From: Pelagomonas calceolata
Lineage: Eukaryota
Assembly: GCA_918797485.1 (NCBI GenBank)
Contig: CAKKNE010000004.1
Coordinates: forward strand, 3,844,001-3,908,000
DNA length: 64,000 nt
Reading direction: 5' to 3'
Shown: positions 42,384 through 52,600 of the stretch, in pieces
Numbering within the stretch: the first letter of the stretch is position 1
Layout: every line of letters begins with the position of its first letter
The notes under the pieces: generated by a model
The model's input: the letters and a program-made list of their open reading frames with translations, nothing else
What the model was told of the DNA's origin: nothing
Database searches by the model: none
Translations under genes and position numbers: made by a program

Positions 42384-43002
42384 GTCTGTTGGAGGAGCCT
42401 TTTAATTTGCTTTGCTTAATTTGCTTGGCCCTGCCGAGGCGTGTCCCAACCACCCCTTCCACGCCGTCGCCCGGGCGTGTTCCCCCACGCCATCGCCGCG
42501 ACGCATCCAGAAGACAACAGTCCTTATACACGTGTGGGAAGGTGCGAGAGGGGACGGAACGTGAGCCTCGTGGGCGACGGTCCCGTCGGGTTGGTGTGGG
42601 GGTATCTAGTTGACGGCCTGGGCCTGGGCGTCGTCCGAGTGGAGGAGGCCAAGGAGCTCCGACGCGCCCACTTCGGCCGAGTGCGTGTGCACGAGGGGCG
42701 GCCGCTCGGCCGGCGCGACGGTCGGGAACCACGAAGACGCCGCCGGGAGCGGGTACAGCTCTGTCGAGTGGATGGAGTCCATGGAGTCGAGCCGCGCGAC
42801 GCCGGCCCAGGGGTACGGGTGCGGGTCCGCGGCCGCGGGCATCGGCGCGCTGGCCATCTCATGCGGGGACTCGTAGGGCATGGGCGCCAAGAACTGTTTA
42901 GTAGCGCGCGTCGAGATCCTCATGGGCGCCGAGCCGACGATGACGTCGTTCCTCGTCGAAGATCTGGAGGAGGTCCTCGAGCTCAGCGACTAATACAAGT
43001 AA

Positions 43003-43833
43003 TTAGGATCCCTCGTCGTCGTCGCCCCAGGACAGGTTGAGGGACTTGAGCGACGCCTTCGCCGCGAGCTCGGCCTTCTGCCGCTCCAGCTCGCCGCGCG
43101 CGGCCGCGAGGCGCTCGGCGCGCGACGTCGACGCGAGCATCTTGAGCTTGACGTCGGGCGGCGCGCCCTCCAACGCCAAGAACGAGAGGAGCTCGTTGCG
43201 GTCGCAGTCTCCCGGCCTAGCGCTAGATGCGAGCTCCGCCGCGCGCTGCGTCAGCGACGTCGTCCGCCGCGTGACTTCGTCGGGGCTGTTCATCGCGCGC
43301 GGGTCGACGGCGAGCTCGTTCTCCCGGCTCGCAGCAATATCGTGGCGCGACGACAATTCGTCGACCTCGTCGGCGAGTTCCGACACGACGTCGACGGCCG
43401 CGGCCTCGTTCGCGTCCGACGAGGGCGCGTTCACGGCGTCGGCGTCCTCCAAAACCCCAACGTCCGCGACCATGAAGGGCTGGTCGTTGTACCGCTCCAC
43501 ATCCGAAATCGTGCAGCGCGCGACGCCGCGCACCGTCACCCCGACGCCCACATCGAGCCGCTCCCACGCGTCGACGCGGGCCCGCGTCGCGCACCTTAGG
43601 AGTGCGGAGTCGCCCGCGAAGAATCCTAGAACTACATCGTCGTCGCACTCGCGCGTGCAGTACTCGAAGAGGCTGAGGAACCGCGCCTCGTACAGATGCA
43701 AGTAGCGACTCTGCCCGGGTATCAGCACCTCGTCGGCGCCGAAGGGCATGAGCGGCAGGCGCTTCGTCGTCGTCGCGGCGAGCGCGTTGACTTGCGCAAT
43801 TGCGAGGAGCGAGAGGACTCGTCGCGGCGGCAT
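43003..43833 (-). CDS. Lon protease N-terminal (substrate-binding) domain protein, predicted plastid-targeted
   Basis: LPLMPF..EVLIPGQSRYLHLYEARFLSLF...RGVAR, KAELAAKASLKSL. Confidence 0.8.
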   Translation of the reverse strand: MPPRRVLSLLAIAQVNALAATTTKRLPLMPFGADEVLIPGQSRYLHLYEARFLSLFEYCTRECDDDVVLGFFAGDSALLRCATRARVDAWERLDVGVGVTVRGVARCTISDVERYNDQPFMVADVGVLEDADAVNAPSSDANEAAAVDVVSELADEVDELSSRHDIAASRENELAVDPRAMNSPDEVTRRTTSLTQRAAELASSARPGDCDRNELLSFLALEGAPPDVKLKMLASTSRAERLAAARGELERQKAELAAKASLKSLNLSWGDDDEGS

Positions 43834-44013
43834 CGCTTTGTGTGCTATGAGTGCTCTCCCGATGCACGTGGCTCAGATGAGGCCACAGCTATGGCTACAG
43901 CGCACCGCAGTCCTGAGAATATGTCAGTAGGGAAGCGTACGCGTGGCGTGAGTACTCTGGGCTTGCGCGTGGGCTGCGTGGTGAGAGCTCAGAGAGCTGT
44001 GGTTGCTGTGCTT

Positions 44014-44037
44014 GCTAGTGTGTTACAAGCCGCTAGC
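44014..44037 (+). promoter_or_regulatory. Bipartite CTAG intergenic motif
   Basis: GCTAGTGTGTTACAAGCCGCTAGC between divergent genes. Confidence 0.75.
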
Positions 44038-44115
44038 TAACTTTTTCATCGTCCCTCTGGCGCGCGCGCCGCCTCGTAAATTTTATAGGGGCGTCCCCTG
44101 CCAGTGCTCGCGAAT

Positions 44116-44859
44116 ATGGGGAAGAAGAGTCGACGCGAGCGAGGAAGCAATAGAGAGTATTTAAGGAAAAAAGCAGATGAAAAAGTAGATGCCGTCGAGG
44201 AGGCCGATCCCGAATATAACAATCTAGAAAAGCTACCCAAAGGACTCGCGCAATTGGCTTTAAAATACCGCTTTGGCGGGGCACATCTACTCCGCGGAAA
44301 TTTGCGCAGCGTCAAAATTTGTAGCGGGTTAGTGGTCGGAATGCGCAAATCACGAAGCTACCAAAGGGGCGAACTGTTTGACGGAGATACGCAAATTTGG
44401 GCTGCACGGGACGCGATAGCGCTTAATGAATCGGATGGTGATGCCTTGGATGAGTACATAGGCGCGGTCGTCGGACTACAGTTTCCAAGGATGATTGGTA
44501 ACTGGGAAATTGGCGGTGGCCTCATTGGTGTGCTGAAATCCGTGGATTCCCAATACGCCCGCTTGAGCTTAAAGACCGTTGAGAGTTGGCCCCGCGTCCG
44601 ACCCCACTGGAAGCGGTTCCGGCGACGCCTTTGCGATTATTGTCCAGCGTGCGCCCACCTTACCGAGCCACGCTTCCTAGTTTGCAGCGGCTGCGGCAGG
44701 AAACGATACTGTTGCGAGGAGTGTCAGCGCGCGCAATGGCCTGCTCACCAGAATGATTGCCTTAAGTGGCAAAAGAAGCGCATATTACAGCAAAAGGTCG
44801 AAGCGTTCGAGCGATTCTCCATGGGGCAAGCGGACGCAGATGCGGACGCGCCTCGCTAG
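44116..44859 (+). CDS. MYND zinc-finger protein (low GC)
   Basis: CDYC...CSGC...YCCEECQRAQWPAHQNDC. Confidence 0.8.
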   Translation: MGKKSRRERGSNREYLRKKADEKVDAVEEADPEYNNLEKLPKGLAQLALKYRFGGAHLLRGNLRSVKICSGLVVGMRKSRSYQRGELFDGDTQIWAARDAIALNESDGDALDEYIGAVVGLQFPRMIGNWEIGGGLIGVLKSVDSQYARLSLKTVESWPRVRPHWKRFRRRLCDYCPACAHLTEPRFLVCSGCGRKRYCCEECQRAQWPAHQNDCLKWQKKRILQQKVEAFERFSMGQADADADAPR

Positions 44860-44892
44860 TTTTGTAAGAATCGTTCATTAACAAAACACAAG

Positions 44893-46695
44893 TCAAAGAT
44901 ACCCCAACCCCGAAAGCACGGCCCGCCACGCGTCCGACCGCCCGACCGGCGGCCGCGCGGTCGCGGCCGTCAGGACCACGGACGGCGACGCCCCGCCGTA
45001 GACGCCCGCCGCGGCGGCTTTCAAGGATTCGACGGCGCGCGTCGACTCAGCCGGAGAGAGCTTGTCGCCCTTGGTCAGCACGAGCACGTGGGACGCGCGG
45101 CCCGACTTAATGGCTTCGGAGCCCGCGACTGTTTCCAACGTAGCCAAGTCCGCCTCCGGCAGCGTGGCATCCAAGCACCGCCGCGCGTCGACGAGCTGCA
45201 GCACGACCTTCAGCGGCTCGCGCACGTCCAAGTAGCGCAGGACCAGGCTCCGCCACGAATCCACTTTCCCGACGGCGCTACCCGCACTTTTCCCCTCCAA
45301 GGCCTGCGTCACGTTGTCCACCGCGAAGCCCGCGCCGGGCACGTCCACGAGCCTAAACCCCGCCGTCTGCGGCACGTCGACGTCGTAAAAGCAGAACCGC
45401 CGCGTGCGCCCGGGCACCGGGCTCGCGGGAGCTAACGCGCGCCGCCCCAGCAGCGCGTTCGCGAGCGACGACTTGCCCACATTCGACCTCCCTAACAGCA
45501 CGACCTCTGGTGCGGCGGGCGGCGGGAGGCGCTGCATCGAGTCCGCCGTCGGGCCTCTTTCCACATTTCGGACCAACGCGCGGTTCACGTGCTCGTGGTG
45601 GGCGGCGTCCTTCTCTTCCACAAAATCGTCTATCGCAAGCACCTCGCGGTAGCAGCCGAGGGCCGCGAGGTGGCGCAGGACCTCGTTCCGCGTATAAATA
45701 TCGCTATTTGCGCAAGCCGCGACGCAGGCCTCGACGACGTCCGACGGCGCGAAGCCGCCCTCCCTTAGAGCGTCGAGCACGCCGCTCGCTGTTGCAGAAG
45801 GGTACGGCGACGCTTCGATGGTCTGCGCGGTCGGCGCGGCGCGGCCCTTTTGTGCCCTGCGCGTGGGATACGTGAGTCGCGTCGATGGCGTAGAGACACT
45901 GATATAAAACCAGCCCGCCGCGAGCGCCGCGCCCGGCCCGCCGAACGCGCCGAAGACCTCGCCGTCGACCCATCTCAAATCAATTGGCGTCTGCCGGACC
46001 ACAGCGGAAGCCCGACTCGGATCCGCGTCGAAGAGCGCCCCAACGACGCGCGCCAACGCCTCCGCGGCGCCGGCCTCCGCGCAGACGGCCGCGACCGCCT
46101 CCTCGAGATCGACGCCGTCCTCGAGGCACGCCGCTTCTGCGGCTTCTGCGCGCTCGCGCGCCGCCATCAACTCCGCCTCGCGCGCCTCCGCCTCCCGCTC
46201 GACGAGCTCCGCGCCGGCCCGGACCAGGGCCTCATCTTTAAAAAGCGGGACGCCCTGCGCGCCCGAGTACTTGGCCTCGACGGCGCTGATTAATAACGGC
46301 TCGCGGCCCGCGTACTTATGCAGTAAGTCGTCCACATCCTTCACCTTGTCGGGGTTGTAGCGCTCGTAGAGCTGGATCAGTTGATCGCGGCACTGCGACG
46401 CAAAGTCCTCTTCGACTGGCTCAACCGGTGCCTCCGGCTTCTTGGGCTCTGCCTTGCGCCGCGGCTTCTTCTCGAGGAAGGCGGGCCGCTTGATCTGTTT
46501 GCGCGGCGCGTCGACGGCGGGCGCGTCGATTGCCACCGCGTCCTTCTTGCGCTCGCGGCGCCGGCCGCGGCGCGACCGGGATTCGTCGTCTTGTTGAGCT
46601 TGTAACGCTGGGCATTTCACGCGTATTGTTGTTTTGGGCGTGAAGGCGGCGGCTGCTTGCAGTGCGCCGCACAGCAGGATGGTTGTGAGTTGCAT
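44893..46695 (-). CDS. EngB/YihA-family GTPase, predicted plastid-targeted
   Basis: Leader QAAAAFTP. GRSNVGKSSLAN, PGRTR, DVPGAG, TKGDK. Probable 54-bp in-frame intron 45857..45910. Confidence 0.85.
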   Translation of the reverse strand: MQLTTILLCGALQAAAAFTPKTTIRVKCPALQAQQDDESRSRRGRRRERKKDAVAIDAPAVDAPRKQIKRPAFLEKKPRRKAEPKKPEAPVEPVEEDFASQCRDQLIQLYERYNPDKVKDVDDLLHKYAGREPLLISAVEAKYSGAQGVPLFKDEALVRAGAELVEREAEAREAELMAARERAEAAEAACLEDGVDLEEAVAAVCAEAGAAEALARVVGALFDADPSRASAVVRQTPIDLRWVDGEVFGAFGGPGAALAAGWFYISVSTPSTRLTYPTRRAQKGRAAPTAQTIEASPYPSATASGVLDALREGGFAPSDVVEACVAACANSDIYTRNEVLRHLAALGCYREVLAIDDFVEEKDAAHHEHVNRALVRNVERGPTADSMQRLPPPAAPEVVLLGRSNVGKSSLANALLGRRALAPASPVPGRTRRFCFYDVDVPQTAGFRLVDVPGAGFAVDNVTQALEGKSAGSAVGKVDSWRSLVLRYLDVREPLKVVLQLVDARRCLDATLPEADLATLETVAGSEAIKSGRASHVLVLTKGDKLSPAESTRAVESLKAAAAGVYGGASPSVVLTAATARPPVGRSDAWRAVLSGLGYL

Positions 46696-46841
46696 GAAAG
46701 TGCTCTTTGTGTGCGCTTGCTGGCACAGGTCGCCAGTTGTGGCGCGGTGTGTAGGCGATCAATTATACACAGCGAAGCCCTCAGACAGCCGTTTAGAGGC
46801 TGATGCGATGAGCACTGCAACCAAGTCAAAAACGCGAGTTA

Positions 46842-46863
46842 ACTAGCGTACTGACACACTAGT
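46842..46863 (-). promoter_or_regulatory. Bipartite CTAG intergenic motif (variant)
   Basis: Reverse complement ACTAGTGTGTCAGTACGCTAGT between divergent genes. Confidence 0.6.
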
Positions 46864-47027
46864 AATCACACAACTTTGTGGAAATCCGCCACATAACGCG
46901 CCCGTGGTGCCTCAAAATAGGCTCGGTCGCTGCCTTCAGCACCCCTTCTCCATCACACCTCCCGTCCGTGCCGTGCGCGCGCGCGAGAGACAGCATAAGC
47001 ACAGCAGCAGAGAGGTGGCCGGGCAGC

Positions 47028-48269
47028 ATGGAGCTCTCCTCGGCCGACCAGATCGAGCAGGAGTTCGCCGACGAGCTCCAGAGCATGTCGCTGCAGGAGA
47101 AGAAGGAGGCTGCCCTCAGCAAGCCCAGCCTCGCGCGTGGCTTCTCGGAAATTGATCCGAACAACGAGGCGGCGGCCCGCGGCACCTCCGCACAAAAGCA
47201 GGGCTCCTTCAGCGCGCGGCAGCTGCCCGACGAGCCGTCGTACCGCGTCGCGCTCCAGTCGCGCTACGGGTCCGTGGCACCCCCGCTCGCGCGGACCTTC
47301 ACGGAGCGCGACCCGTCGTCGCCCGGTTCTCCCCCGCCCCCGAAGGCGGCGCCGGCGCCGAAGCGGACCTTCACGGAGCCCGAGCGGCCCTTCCCGCCGA
47401 CGGAGCCAGCCAATAAGGAGGCGCTCCTCAAGGCCGCGCGCGATGCTATTGAGGTGGAGGCGGCCGAGAAGAAGGCCCCAGCTGCGAAACCGGCCCCGAA
47501 GCCGGCGCCGAAGAAGGCGGCCCCACAGAAGAAGAAGCTCACAGCCCGCGAGCGGACACAAAAGCGCATGTCCAAGGGCAAGCGCGTGACCCAAAAACTC
47601 AAGCGCCGCTCGAAGCAACTCTTCCAGGTGTCCATGTGGATGCTGCTGGTCGCGGCGTTCGTCGCGGGCTTCCTCTACATTCGACGAAGGTGGGCCGAGA
47701 CGCCGTCGATCATACCGCTCGAGGACGTCTTCGGGGCGCCCTTCAACAAACATGTGGAAATGGAGGTGACCATCGACGATAAACAAGCGGGGAGCCTGCG
47801 CTTCGAGCTTTTGGACCAGGTGGCGACGGAGACGGCCCAGGCATTTTCCGACAGATGTAAGGGAGGCGCGCACGACGGCAACGAGTTTTATCGGATCGTG
47901 CCGGGCTTCGTCATGCAAGGCGGCGACGACTCCGAGGACCGCGAGGACCTCACGGTCAAGCCTTTCAAGCGGGGCCTCCTGAGGCACGACCGGCGCGGTC
48001 TATTGGTCATGGTAAGGGCAGGCCCGTACCAGATGACGTCGCAGTTCTTCGTCACCCTAAAAGACGCGCCGATGCTCGACGGGCGCCACGTGGTCTTTGG
48101 GGCACTCGCGGCCGGCGCAGACGTTCTTGAAAGAATCGAGACCCAAGGAAACGCCGAGGGCGCGCCGTTGAAACCGGTGCGGATCGCGTCGTGCCGCGTC
48201 GTCGAGAGCGCGGGCGGGACATCTCCGTTATTCCCGGCGGCGGAGAACTACGGGCGGGTGGAGCTCTAA
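47028..48269 (+). CDS. Membrane-anchored cyclophilin-type PPIase
   Basis: Low-complexity N-terminus, TM helix, FYRIVPGFVMQGGD, SQFFVTL, LDGRHVVFG. Confidence 0.88.
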   Translation: MELSSADQIEQEFADELQSMSLQEKKEAALSKPSLARGFSEIDPNNEAAARGTSAQKQGSFSARQLPDEPSYRVALQSRYGSVAPPLARTFTERDPSSPGSPPPPKAAPAPKRTFTEPERPFPPTEPANKEALLKAARDAIEVEAAEKKAPAAKPAPKPAPKKAAPQKKKLTARERTQKRMSKGKRVTQKLKRRSKQLFQVSMWMLLVAAFVAGFLYIRRRWAETPSIIPLEDVFGAPFNKHVEMEVTIDDKQAGSLRFELLDQVATETAQAFSDRCKGGAHDGNEFYRIVPGFVMQGGDDSEDREDLTVKPFKRGLLRHDRRGLLVMVRAGPYQMTSQFFVTLKDAPMLDGRHVVFGALAAGADVLERIETQGNAEGAPLKPVRIASCRVVESAGGTSPLFPAAENYGRVEL

Positions 48270-48279
48270 ACACACTTGA

Positions 48280-49295
48280 TTACTCCATGTCGTGGTCGAT
48301 CGAAGGTATCCTTCCTGGCCTAATCCGGGGCGGCGTCCGCGGCCGACCGAGGGGGTCCACTCCTCGGCTCGATGGCGTGGAGGTCGACGCCGCCTTCGAG
48401 GGACTCGTCGTCACCGGCGGCCCGAACTTCACGAGCAGAGAGAAGCCGTCGTGGCACAGCTCCCGCACTTCGTTGTCGGGGAGCTCTAGGTCCACAGAGC
48501 GGTCTTTGGAAATCAGCGACAAGCAGCGATCCTCCGCTACGTTGGACGGTCTCGGGCGTCCGGCGAAGGTCCGTCGCACCTCCGTCACTTCCGCGACTTT
48601 AACCCCTCCTCGCTCGGACAACCGGAACGACGGCCGCACTGCCGTCCACACCTGTGTAGAAATCAACAGTGTCGCGTCGATGGCATGGAGGTCGACGAAC
48701 GCGCCGTAAATTTGATTTCCACACAGGTCCATACGATCATGTCCCCGTCCAGGCGCACCAACCGATCCTTCGGACCGCCGCGCCGCCCGTGCTTGCGCAT
48801 CTTGAAGCCGTCCGCGAGCATCACCAAAAACTCGTCGAGGAACCGGCGCTCGGCGCTCCGCACGTTCACGACCGGCGACGGCGGCCGTCGTCGCATTGGC
48901 GTGCCTCGGCCGCGCGGGTCGGACGGCGACCGCACCGTGGCGGCGACGAGGAAGGTGCGCGGCGCCGGCGTCGGCGACGGCGGCGACGCGTTGGGGCCGC
49001 TCGCCACAGGCGTGGGGCTGCTCCTCGCAGGGAGGTTGTCGGAACTCGCCCAGGCGGCCGCGGCGGGCGACGGCGCGCGGGCTTCGATTGGCCACGGACC
49101 CTGGCGCTGCGGCGAGCTCGGCGGCGGCTCCGGCCAGTCGTACCCGCGAGAAATGGATGGCTCGTCCGAGGTTGTTGGACCCGTGATGTACGCAAGCGCC
49201 GCCGAGAGCTGATTGCTGGCTGATGAGGATGCCTGCTCCTCGCTTGGCTCCGCCTCAGCGCTGCCCAAGCCAAGACCGCAGAGCAAGGACTCCAT
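48280..49295 (-). CDS. PH-domain protein (PLC-type PH-like)
   Basis: Exons 48735..49295 and 48280..48651 give LADGFKMRKHGRRGGPKDR...IVW...VTEVRR...CLSLISKDRSVDLE...DGFSLL. C-terminal tail uncertain. Confidence 0.75.
48652..48726 (-). mobile_element. Internally deleted introner (75 bp); intron 48652..48734 on minus strand
   Basis: TIRs CTGTGTAGAAATCAA / TTGATTTCCACACAG. TSD GTCCACAC (48644-48651) / GTCCATAC (48727-48734). Its end matches that of the 19757 element. Confidence 0.92.
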
Positions 49296-49696
49296 TGTTG
49301 ACTGTCGCTGCCCCGTCGACGCGGGCAGCCGATTCTGGTAGCCCTTTGGCACTGCAAATTGGCAGCCAGTTGGTCTCGGTGCCTCATGTCAAACTTCGCC
49401 GCGGAGGCGGCGCACGAAGCCTGCGTGAGCCTCTGTATGAGTCACTGGAGTGGTGAAGGAGGGCAGGAGATGTCCAGGGACGTTTCGACAGACGCAAAAC
49501 CCGCCACTCCAAAAACGCGCCGTTCGACCGCGCGACGCTCCGTACGCGCAGCGCCGACCATCAGAGAGGTTCTCACGCCGTCTGTACGGCAGAAATAGAC
49601 CGCGCACTCGCCTCGCTGCGACTGGCCCGGCTCCAAACGGTGCCGGACACGCTGTGAACAGATTAGCGCTTAGCGTCTGTTACAAGCTCGTACACC

Positions 49697-52600
49697 ATGG
49701 GAAAAGGCGCGGGAAAAGGCGCCTACGGCGCCGCAGTGGCGCAGGCGGACGAGGAACTACGTGGGATCATGTGCGGCGCGCAGCGTTCGAAGCACACGCA
49801 CGAGCGCGGCGTCGAGAAGTGCCTCGCGCTCATCAAGACGACGCCCGAGGTCTTCGCGGATAACGCGACGGAGGGTGGCTTCTTTGAGTGCGTCACGCGC
49901 GTACTAGTGGCCAAGAAGCGCGACGGTGGAGTGGAAAGGTGCCTCGCCTTCGTCGCGCGCGTCTGCTCGGGCGCGGTTTTGGCGGGAGACGACCAGCAGG
50001 GCGACGTCGCGCGGCGGTCGCTCCTCTGGCTCGCCAAGGCCTGCGGCGCGGCCGACAAGACGGCAAGAGGGCGCGCTTTGGAGGTCATCGCGCTCGTGCT
50101 CGAGCGGTTGATCGGCGAGGACGGCGCCGAGGTCGACGAGCAGGTCTGGACGGCGTTGAGTGACGCCGTCGTGCCGCGCGTCCACGACAAGGTCGCGGGC
50201 GTCCGAAGGGCCGCCTGTCTTGCGTTGAGACGGCTCCAGGAGGACAACCAGCCCGCGACGCACGCTTTGGGGCGAGCTCTAGCGAGAGACTCGTCGGCTG
50301 AGGTACGAGCCGCGGCAGCTAGAGCTTTAGATCCTTCGAAGAAGACCGTCGGACTATTATTAGACCGGTGCCGCGACGTCAACGCGACCGTGAGAAAAGC
50401 GGCCTTCGACGCTCTCAGACTGAAAGTTGGTTTACGAGGCGTCCCGAGAGACAGACGAGCGCCGGTGTTGGCGCGCGGTTTGCGCGACCGCGACGCGGCG
50501 GTGAGAGCATCGGCGACGATGACTTTAGCCAGGTGGTTCGTCTCCCCGAAAGTGGGCGCGGACGCGACGAAATTACTTGAACTCTTGGACGTGGAATCGC
50601 AGGCGTCGCACGCGGCGTTAGCTTTGCGCGCTCTCCATGCGGCGGCCTGCGCGTTGGCGAACGACGATCGCCGGGAAGCGACGCCGGCGTGGCTGAGGGG
50701 CGAGGCGGAACCGGAGACCTGTGCGGAAACGAGACGACGGGATGCGTTTGATGCGTCGTTCTATTATGATGCTGTTGATGAAGATGGGCAGAATAGCTAC
50801 GTGGTCGCTCTGGAGAGTGCCCTGGAGGTGGCTGACAGAGAAGATACGTTACTCCTCCAGAAGAAGGAAGGTGCCGAGTTCAAGAAGCGGGACCCGGCTT
50901 CATTACGATTGAGGAATGCCTTACTCCCCTCGAATGACGAGGAGAGCTGTTTACCGGAGAACGCTTCGACTTTAACGCCGGCGGCGGCGCTGTGGCTGCG
51001 GTGCCGAGTTTTATTAGAATTAGAACCGTCGGCGGCTCGATTGACGCCGTCCAATCTCGAAGACGCCCTGGCCAAGTTCTCGGATGGTGATGATTTGGCG
51101 AGGCTGTGTTCCACGGCCGGCGAACAAGCTGCTCAGGAGGAAATGAAACATAGAGAAAACGACGGCGAGTCCGAGAATTCAGACGACGACGAAGATTTAT
51201 CGTTTGCGAGGACCTTCGTCGCGGCGCAAGTGTTAGATTGCGCGCGGTTGCTCGTGGACCACAAGGCTATTGACGAAGCTGGGAAGGTGAGGGTCGCGGA
51301 CGCGATCGATGGGGACTTCGTGCGGACGCAGAAACCTTTGGCGGAGTGCCTCGCGGCGCCGGCGGCGAGGTGCTTGGCTGTGGCGCGGGGCCTGGGTGCT
51401 GGTTTTACGGAGGACGGCGCGTCGCTGCACGCGGCGGTCGAGAGCGCTCTGAACCGCGGCGAGACGCGACGAGCTTTAGCTGTGGCTGCCCAATTATTGG
51501 CCGAACCTAGATGCTTCGCACCACCTAGATCTGCAGCGCAGGACCGTTTCCTGGAGGAGATCTGCGACGGCGACGACGCGCTCGTGCCGCGGTGCTCGAT
51601 CTCGCCGGACGCTGATGATAGAGAATTAGCTGTCTTAGCTCTAGGAAGAAGGATGCTTTTAGGTGATGCGAACGACTCGAAGCGCATCGCGCCGCACCTC
51701 TGGCGCTTCGCGCTCAACAGTCGTGAGGGTTTAGATGTGCGGGGGCGCGCCGTCTGCGCGCTGGGCGACGCGGCGTTAGCTTTTGGGTGTGCGAAGTGCG
51801 CGCCGGACGAATCAGACTTCGCTACTTCTCTAGCCAAGTTGTTAGATGAAGGTACGGCCGCTCCTTTACGGGCGGTCGCCGCAGAGGGCGCCGCGAAGTT
51901 ACTCTTAGCTGGGAGGCCGTTGTCTGTCGACGACGCCGAGACCCAGGAAGCCCGAGTTGGTGCGTCCCTATTAAGAGCGTTCCTCGCCTGCGAGAATGAT
52001 AATGACGAGGACGACGACGACGACGACATGGCGGCGGCGCTGGGTGGCAAGCGGCGCCTCCAGCAAGTGTTATCGGTATTCTTCCCGACGTTAGCTTCGA
52101 CAAGGCCTGTGAGTGTCTCTCGATCCATCGAAACGGCTCTAGACGACGCGTCGACGCCGCAGCAGGCGGCCTCGTACGTCGCGTCGTTGCCCGGCCAACA
52201 GTTCGCGGCGCCCTACGCGCTTTGTGCTTCCGCATTGGCGGGCACGTCCCTTAGGAGAGGAGAGGCCCTGACGACGATGCGCGCGCCCGACGACCAGGGC
52301 GAGGCGGCTTTATTGAGTGTCGTCGCGGCCGGCGTCGCGCGCGCCGCGGCCGAGGCCGGCGAGGCCGTGGCGGCCAAGGCCGCGACGAAGTTCGCGGCGG
52401 CGTGTTCCTCAGTGGCGAAGGGCACCGAGGCGGACGCGTCCAAGGACGCCAAGAACTTGTTGGTGTCTCCGTTCGTCGCCGACGCCGAGGAAGCGCCCTT
52501 GCCGCCGCCGCCGCCTAAAGCGGGCCCGAAGATCATCGCGCCGAAGGCGGCCTTCGACGGTACCGATAGCGAGCCCGGGACGGCCAAGGAGGCTCCAGTT

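Noticed and set aside
42606..42923. 105-aa minus-strand ORF with coding-like composition
   Set aside because: No recognisable domain and only about 80 bp from the upstream stop. It could be real but I cannot support it.
48340..48395. Introner core in the PH gene tail as an additional intron
   Set aside because: Splice boundaries could not be fixed with confidence.
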